From: a phage | Length of the DNA: 64,000 nt | Strand: one strand, 5' to 3' | Sequence record: PZ026127.1 | Shown: positions 22,602 through 30,815 of the stretch, in pieces | Numbering within the stretch: position 1 is the first letter of the stretch | Layout of the letters: each line of letters starts with the position of its first letter | The notes under the pieces: generated by a model | The model's input: the letters and a program-made list of their open reading frames with translations, nothing else | Database searches by the model: none | What the model was told of the DNA's origin: nothing | Program-made: the position numbers and the translations under genes

Positions 22602-22901
22602 ATGATTTTAACCGAACAAGAAACTATTCGTCTCCGTGAAAAAGTCAAGACTATTTTGTCTGTTGGTTTTCACGAAGTCCTGTTTGAAAAAGCTGATGGT
22701 AGTGCCCGTCGTATGACTTGTACTCGCGACTTAGACCTGCTGCCGTATAAAGAAGTCCAGGCCCCTGGGCCAGAAGCCAATAAAGAACCTGTTAATTATA
22801 TCAGAGTATTTGATACCAAGGTTAATGATTGGCGCTCATTCCGTTTCGATAAGCTGATTTCTATTAACGGCCTTCAGACTGAAACTCTGCTTGTCCTGTA
22901 A
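22602..22901 (+). CDS. hypothetical protein (99 aa)
   Basis: coupled ORF. Confidence 0.5.
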   Translation: MILTEQETIRLREKVKTILSVGFHEVLFEKADGSARRMTCTRDLDLLPYKEVQAPGPEANKEPVNYIRVFDTKVNDWRSFRFDKLISINGLQTETLLVL

Positions 22902-22928
22902 TATGCTTTAAGAATAGCGTGTTATTAT
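22901..22928 (+). promoter_or_regulatory. MotA-dependent middle promoter upstream of gene 31
   Basis: ATATGCTTTA (MotA box), 12 nt, TATTAT. Confidence 0.5.
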
Positions 22929-22959
22929 TAATCTATCAACAAAACAATATGGATTAAAT

Positions 22960-23283
22960 ATGGAACTTCCTATTAAAGCGGTCGGAGAATATGTTATTCT
23001 CGTTTCCGAACCAAAACAAGCCGGTGATGAAGAAACTACTGCATCTGGTATCGTTATTGGCAAACTTCATCAAGGTGAAATCCCTGAACTTTGTGAAATT
23101 TATTCTGTAGGACCTGATGTCCCTGAAGATTTTTGTGAAGTAGGCGATTTGACTCCACTTCCTGTTGGTAAGATTGCTAACGTGCCTCATCCGTTGGTTG
23201 CATTGGGTATTAAACAACCTAAAGAAATTAAACAAAAATTCGTTACCTGTCACTATAAAGCTATTCCTTGCCTTTATAAGTGA
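22960..23283 (+). CDS. 31: co-chaperonin gp31 (GroES analogue for capsid folding)
   Basis: 107 aa; [12 protein letters not shown]...[13 protein letters not shown]-terminal [23 protein letters not shown] match T4 gp31. Confidence 0.92.
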   Translation: MELPIKAVGEYVILVSEPKQAGDEETTASGIVIGKLHQGEIPELCEIYSVGPDVPEDFCEVGDLTPLPVGKIANVPHPLVALGIKQPKEIKQKFVTCHYKAIPCLYK

Positions 23284-23291
23284 TATAAATA
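23284..23291 (+). promoter_or_regulatory. late promoter TATAAATA upstream of rIII
   Basis: exact TATAAATA right after the gene 31 stop; about 138-nt leader to rIII. Confidence 0.5.
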
Positions 23292-23429
23292 ATAATATGG
23301 ATTGGCTGCCGGACTAGTTAGTTAACCGGAGAATCCTAAGCGGTGGACTACAACTGAGAGACTTGCCGAAAGGAAGTGAAATTCAGAAGAACGTGTCCAC
23401 CAATCTTTATCTCGAATTGAGAAACTAAA

Positions 23430-23678
23430 ATGAACAAACAATTGAATCACGCTCTTGAACTGCAACGCAACGCTTGGAACAACGGTCACGAAAACTACGG
23501 CGCATCTATTGATGTTGAGGCCGAAGCACTGGAAATCCTGCGTTATTTCAAACATCTGAATCCTGCTCAGGCTACTCTGGCTGCTGAACTGGAAGCTAAA
23601 GATGAACTGAAATTTGCTAAGCCTTTGGCTTCAGCAGCTCGTAAAGCAGTACGTCATTTTATTATTACCCTGAAGTAA
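23430..23678 (+). CDS. rIII: lysis-inhibition accessory protein rIII
   Basis: 82 aa; MNKQLNHALELQRNAWNNGHENYGASIDVEAEALEILRYFKHLNPAQ matches T4 rIII. Confidence 0.88.
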   Translation: MNKQLNHALELQRNAWNNGHENYGASIDVEAEALEILRYFKHLNPAQATLAAELEAKDELKFAKPLASAARKAVRHFIITLK

Positions 23679-23710
23679 GTTAAATCGAGGAGCCGTCGAA
23701 CTGTTTGATT

Positions 23711-23735
23711 AATGATTTGCGAATCATTATAGTTT
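23711..23735 (+). terminator. possible weak terminator hairpin after rIII
   Basis: AATGATT-TGCG-AATCATT inverted repeat followed by TATAGTTTTA. Confidence 0.3.
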
Positions 23736-23756
23736 TAAGACCCCAACAGTTTTACG

Positions 23757-23785
23757 GTGTACCTCTTGAATGTATTTTGTACTAT
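23757..23785 (+). promoter_or_regulatory. early promoter variant
   Basis: GTGTAC, 17-nt spacer, TACTAT; same architecture as 24154-24182. Confidence 0.45.
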
Positions 23786-23940
23786 CACGCGTCAGAAAAA
23801 GGTTATCTGTCTAAGTCGTGGTTGGTATGATGACGAGGTTTATGGTTATCCTGTCGTTAAATATCCGAAACCTATGTTCCCCTTGAGGGCTTGCGCAGGC
23901 AACGCCAATAAGTCCTGCATCCTAATTTAAGAGATTTAAA

Positions 23941-24102
23941 ATGGCCAAGAAAGAAGTTAAAGTAGTTGACGGTACCTCTAAACGCGCTGGTTACAAGCGT
24001 GCGTCCAACAAGCGTATCGATCAGGTAGTTGATAAGCTTCAAGCTCGTGCTCGTGCGGTATTGCGTGCAGATGCTGCTTGCTTTGGTAAGCCTCAGGCAT
24101 AA
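23941..24102 (+). CDS. small basic protein (53 aa), unknown function
   Basis: ATG 23941 to TAA 24102; MAKKEVKVVDGTSKRAGYKRASNKRIDQVVDKLQARARAVLRADAACFGKPQA; cgt/aaa/ggt codon choice; strong terminator follows; below ORF-track cutoff. Confidence 0.5.
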   Translation: MAKKEVKVVDGTSKRAGYKRASNKRIDQVVDKLQARARAVLRADAACFGKPQA

Positions 24103-24107
24103 GTTAT

Positions 24108-24131
24108 GGGACTCTTCGGAGTCCCATTTTT
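24108..24131 (+). terminator. rho-independent terminator (CUUCGG hairpin)
   Basis: GGGACTCTTCGGAGTCCC then ATTTTTGTTT. Confidence 0.75.
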
Positions 24132-24153
24132 GTTTCTAAATCTTTAAAAAATG

Positions 24154-24182
24154 GTGTACATCTCCGGTAGGCATGATACTAT
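24154..24182 (+). promoter_or_regulatory. early promoter cassette
   Basis: GTGTAC, 17 nt, TACTAT; flanked by inverted repeat GTACAT/ATGTAC. Confidence 0.55.
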
Positions 24183-24223
24183 AGACATGTACTAAATAAT
24201 ACGAAAACAAACTGGAGAATAAA

Positions 24224-24592
24224 ATGAAAATCAATCTTAACTCATATATCAAATGTAAAGACCACGACGGTTACAAAGCAATCGAAACTAAAGAAATGCA
24301 ATGGCACTTGTACAAAGAACAATTTGAATTTGTAGGTTGCATGACTCCGGAAGGTCCTTCTGATGACTTCTCTTGGAAAATTATGGTAACAAACTTTTTT
24401 ACCGGTGATACCTACGAACTGAAAACTATCATAACCGGTAAGATTCGTTGTAAGACCTATGAAGATGAAGAAACCGGTTATTCTGAAGATGTTACATGGT
24501 ATCAAAATGGTCGCACTACTGCTGATGAGTTGATTGAAAAAATGAAAGCCAAAGGTGAATTAAATTTAGATAATTGGATTAAAGTTGCATAA
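24224..24592 (+). CDS. hypothetical protein (122 aa)
   Basis: ORF after GGAGAATAAA Shine-Dalgarno. Confidence 0.6.
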   Translation: MKINLNSYIKCKDHDGYKAIETKEMQWHLYKEQFEFVGCMTPEGPSDDFSWKIMVTNFFTGDTYELKTIITGKIRCKTYEDEETGYSEDVTWYQNGRTTADELIEKMKAKGELNLDNWIKVA

Positions 24593-24596
24593 AACA

Positions 24597-24636
24597 GTTT
24601 ACTTTGGTACAGGTTGTGTTATTATAGACCTGTACC
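24597..24636 (+). promoter_or_regulatory. early promoter embedded in stem-loop
   Basis: GTTTAC, 17 nt, TATTAT; stem GGTACAGG/CCTGTACC; leader AAATAATACGAAAACAAACT duplicated from 24190-24212. Confidence 0.6.
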
Positions 24637-24674
24637 AAATAATACGAAAACAAACTAAACCAAAGGATAATAAA

Positions 24675-25040
24675 ATGAACTACATCAACTTCGAACGTAA
24701 ATATGTTTCTATCGGTGCGGTTGGTTCTAACGAATACATGTGTTTATGGGAGCATAAAAACGGTTCAGTTTGCGAAATCGACCATTGGGTTTCTCCTGAT
24801 TATGTTTATATGCGATTTGAAAATGGTATCACTCTTTCAATCACTAAAGAAGGTTCTTCTTTTAAAATAGCTTTAGATGATGATTTCCGTCAACGTGATT
24901 TAGGTACTCATCCTTGCTGGAACGGCGTTAATCGTAAGCTTCTGGTTAAAACTTGGATTCGTCACATCCTGAGCAACCGAGCTAAACCTGAACACCTGGA
25001 AGCAATCTTTGATGTAGTTCTGAACGAATTCGACATCTAA
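24675..25040 (+). CDS. hypothetical protein (121 aa)
   Basis: ATG 24675 after AAGGATAATAAA; track start 24585 overlaps the promoter. Confidence 0.6.
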   Translation: MNYINFERKYVSIGAVGSNEYMCLWEHKNGSVCEIDHWVSPDYVYMRFENGITLSITKEGSSFKIALDDDFRQRDLGTHPCWNGVNRKLLVKTWIRHILSNRAKPEHLEAIFDVVLNEFDI

Positions 25041-25050
25041 TCTTAAAAAT

Positions 25051-25070
25051 GGAGGCTTCGGCCTCCTTTG
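25051..25070 (+). terminator. CUUCGG hairpin terminator
   Basis: GGAGGCTTCGGCCTCC then TTTG. Confidence 0.55.
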
Positions 25071-25081
25071 AGGAAAATATT

Positions 25082-25369
25082 ATGTTTATGACCACTTATT
25101 TCGATACTCGTAAAAATTTCTGTGAAGTTGTTTTCTCTAAAGCAGGTAAAGACGTTCCTGCCGACAAACAACCCACTCGTGAATCTATTAAGGCCTATGC
25201 TGATGTTGTATGCCCGGTAGAATTCCGTACTGTTAATGGTCGTGATACCCTAGCAATCACTAAGCTCAACCATGATATCAATATCGACCCAAGTGTCGCC
25301 CGTGAAGTCAATACCTCTGACATCTATGGTGGTAATGTTAAATCACACGGCTTTCAGATGAGGTTCTAA
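25082..25369 (+). CDS. hypothetical protein (95 aa)
   Basis: ATG 25082 after GAGGAAAA; track start 25049 lies inside the hairpin. Confidence 0.55.
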   Translation: MFMTTYFDTRKNFCEVVFSKAGKDVPADKQPTRESIKAYADVVCPVEFRTVNGRDTLAITKLNHDINIDPSVAREVNTSDIYGGNVKSHGFQMRF

Positions 25370-25563
25370 TGCAACTATTTTTATCGCAAACAGTCCAGTT
25401 AAAAGGCGTAGGTATTCCTGGAATGATTTCAAAGGTTCTACCTGCTTTTAAATTAGGTAATGTTACTATTAAAGAAGCCTACACCGTCTTATGGGTCGAT
25501 GGAACTGAAGACGTTCGCATGGGCGGTGAACTGTCTGTAATCAAATGTTTAAAGCGAGGATAA
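25369..25563 (+). CDS. hypothetical protein (64 aa)
   Basis: coupled ORF. Confidence 0.45.
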   Translation: MQLFLSQTVQLKGVGIPGMISKVLPAFKLGNVTIKEAYTVLWVDGTEDVRMGGELSVIKCLKRG

Positions 25564-25564
25564 T

Positions 25565-25777
25565 ATGTTTAAGAAATTGATTCAGAAATTATTAGGTACG
25601 GAAATGGTCGAAGTGACTTATCGTGTGACTGATTTATCTCCTGTGCATCCGCAAGATGAACCATATACTAAAACAATTAAAATGCTGAAATCTGATGGCG
25701 GATTATCTATTGAAGACCGTCTACCTGGTTATGGTCATTGGGCTGATGTCGAAATTATAAGTGTCAAAGATGTCTGA
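25565..25777 (+). CDS. hypothetical protein (70 aa)
   Basis: coupled ORF. Confidence 0.45.
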   Translation: MFKKLIQKLLGTEMVEVTYRVTDLSPVHPQDEPYTKTIKMLKSDGGLSIEDRLPGYGHWADVEIISVKDV

Positions 25778-26228
25778 GTTAGAAATAAGAAGCAATTTTC
25801 CATGGCCATCGTGTGCATTAAGTAACTTTGCTAAATGGCCTTTCGTTATGGATGGTATCCAATTTGGTGGGCTCGAAGGATTCCTCCAAGGATGTAAGGT
25901 GAGAAATCATGAACAACAAAAACGTATATTTGGGATGTCCGGTCTGGCCGCACAACAAACTGGAAGAGCTTATGCTAGAGCTGCGGACCGTGGGACGCTG
26001 TTCTGGCTTGGAATTCCCTTTTCAAGATACTCTACATCATGGAAAGAGTTGTATACAAATGCATATTTTGAAGCAGCGCTCCAAAACAAAGGATTCCGCG
26101 ACGCATTACAAGCTACAAAGGGCAAAGTTTTAAAGCATTCGATGGCGAGCCACCTTACAGAATGTGATACAATACTAACTGAAAAAGAGTTTATCGACAT
26201 CCTAAACAAATTGAGAGATTTATTATGA
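25770..26228 (+). CDS. NADAR (YbiA-like) domain protein, candidate ADP-ribose glycohydrolase; likely 30.3 equivalent
   Basis: 152 aa from ATG 25770 (track start is GTG); SNFAKWPFVMDGIQF...LEGFLQGCK resembles the YbiA/NADAR core DFSNFAAWPIKVDGKTW...EHYFQAQK recalled from memory. Confidence 0.55.
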   Translation: MSELEIRSNFPWPSCALSNFAKWPFVMDGIQFGGLEGFLQGCKVRNHEQQKRIFGMSGLAAQQTGRAYARAADRGTLFWLGIPFSRYSTSWKELYTNAYFEAALQNKGFRDALQATKGKVLKHSMASHLTECDTILTEKEFIDILNKLRDLL

Positions 26229-26863
26229 AACCAGTTATCTTAACAGATATCGATGGAGTATGTTTAAGTTGGCAGTCCGGCTTGCCTTATTTCGCACAGA
26301 AATATAATTTGCCTTTAGAACATATTTTGAATATGATTCAGGACGAACGTTTCTTATCTCCTGGTGAGCTGTTTAATTGTGATAATGAATTAGGCGCTCG
26401 TTTAATCGAGAAGTACAATCAGTCAGATTTTATTCGTTATCTGTCTCCTTACATGGACGCATTAAAACATATCAACAAGCTCAAAAAAGACTTCGATTTT
26501 GTAGCCGTGACTGCGCTAGGCGACTCAATTGATGCACTGCTGAATAGACAATTCAATTTGAATGCTTTGTTCCCTGGCGCATTCAAGGAGATTCTGATGT
26601 GTGGTCATTCAGAATCAAAAGAAGACCTCTTCATAAGAGCTAAAAATACGTACGGTAAACGTATTAAGTTTTATGTTGATGATTTGGCTCACCACTGTGA
26701 TGCTGCATCTAATGTTCTCATGGATATCCAAGTTTATTGGTTAGCTCGTGGTGAACGTGACTTTAAACCTAATTTAGCCGTAAAGGTTAATTCATGGGAC
26801 GATATCGCAGCAATCGAATCCCTTCGTAATAATGCCGCAGTTGAATGGATTGCTCGAGGTTAA
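26225..26863 (+). CDS. HAD-superfamily hydrolase-like protein (candidate nucleotidase/phosphatase)
   Basis: 212 aa; N-terminal HAD motif I ILTDIDGV and C-terminal acidic motif KFYVDDL. Confidence 0.55.
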   Translation: MKPVILTDIDGVCLSWQSGLPYFAQKYNLPLEHILNMIQDERFLSPGELFNCDNELGARLIEKYNQSDFIRYLSPYMDALKHINKLKKDFDFVAVTALGDSIDALLNRQFNLNALFPGAFKEILMCGHSESKEDLFIRAKNTYGKRIKFYVDDLAHHCDAASNVLMDIQVYWLARGERDFKPNLAVKVNSWDDIAAIESLRNNAAVEWIARG

Positions 26864-26865
26864 TA

Positions 26866-27143
26866 TGTTTGTAGTTCATACAATTTCAGACTATGGTCCT
26901 ACCACTACAATGGATTATGGTCATGTAAACCAGTTTATTCGTCATGTGAATCATGATTACTCATTTGATGTAAATCCGGCTAAAGACCATCCTGTTTGGC
27001 GCGAATGCGTCGAACAGGGATTCATTTATGTCCACTTTATGTCCAAGTTCAAATCTGATGGGCGAATGAGATTTGTGTTCTCTTATCATAAGCGATTAGA
27101 CTTGCTTTTGGCTGATGTGGCTTATAATAGAATCCATGACTAA
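26866..27143 (+). CDS. hypothetical protein (92 aa)
   Basis: ATG 26866 immediately after the upstream stop. Confidence 0.5.
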
Positions 27144-27153
27144 TGAGGTGATT

Positions 27154-28677
27154 ATGATTTTAGATATTTTAAACGAAATTGCTGCTATTGATTCTACTAA
27201 AGCTAAAGAAGCCATTATTGCTCGTGAAAAGGACAATGAGCTTCTGAAACGTGTTTATCGTATGGCGTATACCCGTCGTCTGAACTACGGTATTAAAAAG
27301 TGGCCAGAACCTGGATTTACATCTCAATCCTTTGGTATGATTACTCTTGAAGACCTTCTTGATTTCGCTGAATTCACATTAGCCACACGTAAGATTACGG
27401 GTAATGCGGCTATTGAAGAACTGGCTCAAATCATTGCTGATGCTAAGGCCCCGGATGCCGAGGTATTACGTCGTGTAATGATGCGCGACCTTGAATGTGG
27501 TGCATCGATTTCTATTGCTAACAAGGTTTGGAAAGGTTTAATCCCTGAACAACCGCAGATGTTGGCGAGTTCTTATGATGAAGCTTTGATTAAGAAAAAT
27601 ATTAAATGGCCAGCGTTTGCTCAATTAAAAGCTGATGGCGCTCGTTGTTTTGCTGAAGTTCGTAATGATGGTGTGACGTTCCTTACTCGTGGTGGTAATG
27701 AATACCAAGGGCTTCATCTTTTAGCTGCTGAATTAATGGTGATGACCGAAGAAGCTCGTCAACGTCATCCTAATGGTGTTATGATTGATGGTGAATTAGT
27801 TTACCATACTCCTAAAGTAGAACCTAAAGCATCTAATGATTTGTTTAGTATGTTTGATGAGGAACTTCCTGAATTAAGTAAGGCTAAGGAATTCCAAACT
27901 GTCGCCGATCGTTCCACTTCAAACGGCTTGGCTAACAAGGCTCTTCAAGGAACTATTACTCCGACCGAAGCCGCAGGTATGGTATTACAGGCATGGGATT
28001 ATGTCCCATTGGATGTCGTATATTCCGAAGGTAAAATTAAAGGCGATAAGTATGATGTACGCTTTACAGCCTTAGAACTTATGGTTGCCCATAATGTCGT
28101 ATTGCATGGTACAACGCGTGTTGAAGCTATTGAAAACCAATGGGTTAACAATTTGGCTGAAGCTAAAGCGGTTTATAAGAAATATATCGGTAAACGCTTG
28201 GAAGGTATTATCCTTAAGAACATGGACTCCTACTGGGAGAACCGCCGTTCTAAGAATCTTATCAAGTTCAAAGAAGTAATCGATATTGCTTTAGAAGTAG
28301 TAGGTTACTATGAACACTCGAAGGACCCCAATAAGATTGGCGGTATAGAGTTAGTATCACGTTGTCGTCGTATTACAACTGACTGTGGTTCTGGTTTTAA
28401 AGATACCACCCATAAGAAAGATAAATCTGGTAAAAAGGTATTGATTCCATTGGAAGATCGTCCTGATTTAGACCGTGAACTTCTTATGAAACAAGCCCGT
28501 GAAGGTAAGTTGATTGGGCGTATTGCCGACTGTGAATGTAATGGGTGGGTTCATTCTAAAGGACGCACTGATACTGTAAGTATTTTCCTTCCAACTATTA
28601 AAGGTTGGCGTTTCGATAAAACGGAAGCCGATTCATTTGAAGATGTATTTGGCGATTGGTCTCAAACTGGACTATAA
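27154..28677 (+). CDS. 30: ATP-dependent DNA ligase
   Basis: 507 aa from MILDILNEIAAI (GAGGTG Shine-Dalgarno); ligase motifs FAQLKADGARCFAEV (active-site lysine), MIDGELV, and overall match to T4 DNA ligase. Confidence 0.95.
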   Translation: MILDILNEIAAIDSTKAKEAIIAREKDNELLKRVYRMAYTRRLNYGIKKWPEPGFTSQSFGMITLEDLLDFAEFTLATRKITGNAAIEELAQIIADAKAPDAEVLRRVMMRDLECGASISIANKVWKGLIPEQPQMLASSYDEALIKKNIKWPAFAQLKADGARCFAEVRNDGVTFLTRGGNEYQGLHLLAAELMVMTEEARQRHPNGVMIDGELVYHTPKVEPKASNDLFSMFDEELPELSKAKEFQTVADRSTSNGLANKALQGTITPTEAAGMVLQAWDYVPLDVVYSEGKIKGDKYDVRFTALELMVAHNVVLHGTTRVEAIENQWVNNLAEAKAVYKKYIGKRLEGIILKNMDSYWENRRSKNLIKFKEVIDIALEVVGYYEHSKDPNKIGGIELVSRCRRITTDCGSGFKDTTHKKDKSGKKVLIPLEDRPDLDRELLMKQAREGKLIGRIADCECNGWVHSKGRTDTVSIFLPTIKGWRFDKTEADSFEDVFGDWSQTGL

Positions 28678-28678
28678 T

Positions 28679-28861
28679 ATGAAAGCTTATTTAGAAACCG
28701 TGGTTATTGGATATAAAGAAGGTGGCGATGTCTCCACCGCAGTGTCCCAAATTGTCCTTGAATTTGAAAATGAAATCGCATTCGCTGATTTTAAAGATAA
28801 TTTCGACCGCTATGAAAAGGGTCCTAAATTTGAAGTATACCGTACGTTGCTACCACTTTAA
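28679..28861 (+). CDS. hypothetical protein (60 aa)
   Basis: ATG 28679 two nt after the ligase stop. Confidence 0.45.
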   Translation: MKAYLETVVIGYKEGGDVSTAVSQIVLEFENEIAFADFKDNFDRYEKGPKFEVYRTLLPL

Positions 28862-28878
28862 GGCCTTCGGGCCTTTTC
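28862..28878 (+). terminator. CUUCGG hairpin terminator
   Basis: GGCCTTCGGGCC then TTTTCT. Confidence 0.6.
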
Positions 28879-28911
28879 TGGCATAAATAAGGTTATTAAA
28901 GAGGAATTATT

Positions 28912-30807
28912 ATGTCCGAACAATTGAATGAGGTATTTGACGGCGCTATAGATTTATCAGCTGTCAATTTAAACCCTAAACTTAAAGTACCGCAGATTTG
29001 GAATATAAAGGCTGAAGGTAATGAGAACCTTGTTGCACGCATGGTTTCATATACTTCTGAAGGTGATACAATCCGCCAAGTTAAACCGGGTGACAAATAC
29101 GTTCATATTATTTTAATGAGCCTATCATCTAAAGGGGCCCCGGCAGAACTCAAAGGTGGTTTAGGTAGTAACCCCATTTCCGCTATTCGTTCTATATTTG
29201 ATACGGTTTATGAACAAGTTAAAAAGCTCCGTATGGATGCCGTTATGTTCCGTTTTCCTACTAAGAAAATGAAAGGTCAGGAAAAAGCTGTACAACGAGT
29301 TCTAGCCAAATTAATAGCTACTAGAGCAGGTGGGCAATTCAAGGTCCTTGATGCCTTGTATCAATATACAGGCAAACATTCATATGTTTTTATCTATCGT
29401 AAAAATAAAAATATAGAATCAATAAACGGTATTCCTAATATTAATCCGGAATTGTATACTAAAGTCGAATCTGAAGTCGGTGATGTGTATGTTTCAAAGA
29501 AAACAGGCGAAGATGTTACCAAATTAGAAGCTATAGCTAAGTCTATAGACGAAATAGAAAAATCACGTTCTGATAAAATGGTTATAACCAAGACTAAGGT
29601 TTCTAAACGGGCCGCTATAAATGCGTTATATTCTACCGCCGAGCCTACAGGATTGAGTAAATTTTCGGCAGAGCACAAAAAAGCTTATGCAGATTATTCT
29701 GCTACTAGTTCCGTTCATTCTTCTGAAGATTCTAAAGAAAGCCAAATAGCTTTAGCCAGTAATAAAATATTAAAAGACGCCTCTAAAGAAATGGCAGAAT
29801 ATTTGGATTATATTTTTAACGGTGTTAATCCATCATTTGAAGTAGACGAGCGCAAACTTAAACTAATTGCTGATATAAAGTTTGCTTTAGAGGCATCAGA
29901 TTCTTTAGATAAATCTAATAGTGTCATAGAGGCTTTAAAATCAGGTAAATCTCATGTAGACATTCTTAGACTAGTCGCTGCGGCCCTTTTAGATGATTCA
30001 GTTAAAGGTACTTGGGCTAGAGAATCTAAAATCAAGGAAGTAATAAAATCCTTAGTAGCAGTTTATACAAAATCTATCCAACCGTTGTTTAAGATATCTG
30101 ATAATCCTAATTTATCCAAACCTCAAGAAGAGGCAGTCAAAAAGTATACTCGTGGCGGCTACAACCATATAAACAACTTTTTGCTAGGTAAAACAGATAC
30201 CACCGATGAAATGATAAAAATGATTGGTGAGTTGGATTCTACATTTGAAAATGGTACAAAACTTCCTAAAGGAACCATAGTGTATCGTTCTCAGATAATG
30301 CCTACCGAAATGGCTTTGAATTCTATAAAACATAAGGTGATGTATCTTCCTATTTTTGCATCAACTTCATTGGCTCCTAATATTTTCGGTGAAATGGGTC
30401 ATGCTCAATCCAACTTAGACCCTGAAGCTCTTTCTAGCGATATAGATAGTAATCTTGAAGACACCATTAAAAGTGCGACCGGAAGTGCTAGAGATACCAT
30501 TAAGCTAGGGCTAATTATTAAAGGTGCTGATAAAATTAAGGTTATTGTGCCCGGTGACTTGGCTAATTGGTCTACAGAAACCGAAGTAATTCTTCCTCGT
30601 GGGGTTATGCTTAAGATTAATAAAGTATACGGTGCTTCCAAGGGACCTATGGGTTCAATTGGTAAATATGTTTTAGTGGAATGTGAAGTTGTAGCTACCG
30701 AGCAAATCACAGAGGAAAATTCATATAGCACCGGATTCTCGTTTGGAAATTATGATAGAATTATGTATGAAGATTCTATGGAAAAATTAGCAAATTTATT
30801 TAAATAG
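28912..30807 (+). CDS. Alt-like ADP-ribosyltransferase paralog 1 (631 aa)
   Basis: N-terminal module shared with the next two ORFs; C-terminal VYRSQ...FASTSL...STETEVILPRG (R / STS / ExE). Confidence 0.8.
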   Translation: MSEQLNEVFDGAIDLSAVNLNPKLKVPQIWNIKAEGNENLVARMVSYTSEGDTIRQVKPGDKYVHIILMSLSSKGAPAELKGGLGSNPISAIRSIFDTVYEQVKKLRMDAVMFRFPTKKMKGQEKAVQRVLAKLIATRAGGQFKVLDALYQYTGKHSYVFIYRKNKNIESINGIPNINPELYTKVESEVGDVYVSKKTGEDVTKLEAIAKSIDEIEKSRSDKMVITKTKVSKRAAINALYSTAEPTGLSKFSAEHKKAYADYSATSSVHSSEDSKESQIALASNKILKDASKEMAEYLDYIFNGVNPSFEVDERKLKLIADIKFALEASDSLDKSNSVIEALKSGKSHVDILRLVAAALLDDSVKGTWARESKIKEVIKSLVAVYTKSIQPLFKISDNPNLSKPQEEAVKKYTRGGYNHINNFLLGKTDTTDEMIKMIGELDSTFENGTKLPKGTIVYRSQIMPTEMALNSIKHKVMYLPIFASTSLAPNIFGEMGHAQSNLDPEALSSDIDSNLEDTIKSATGSARDTIKLGLIIKGADKIKVIVPGDLANWSTETEVILPRGVMLKINKVYGASKGPMGSIGKYVLVECEVVATEQITEENSYSTGFSFGNYDRIMYEDSMEKLANLFK

Positions 30808-30815
30808 GATAGATT

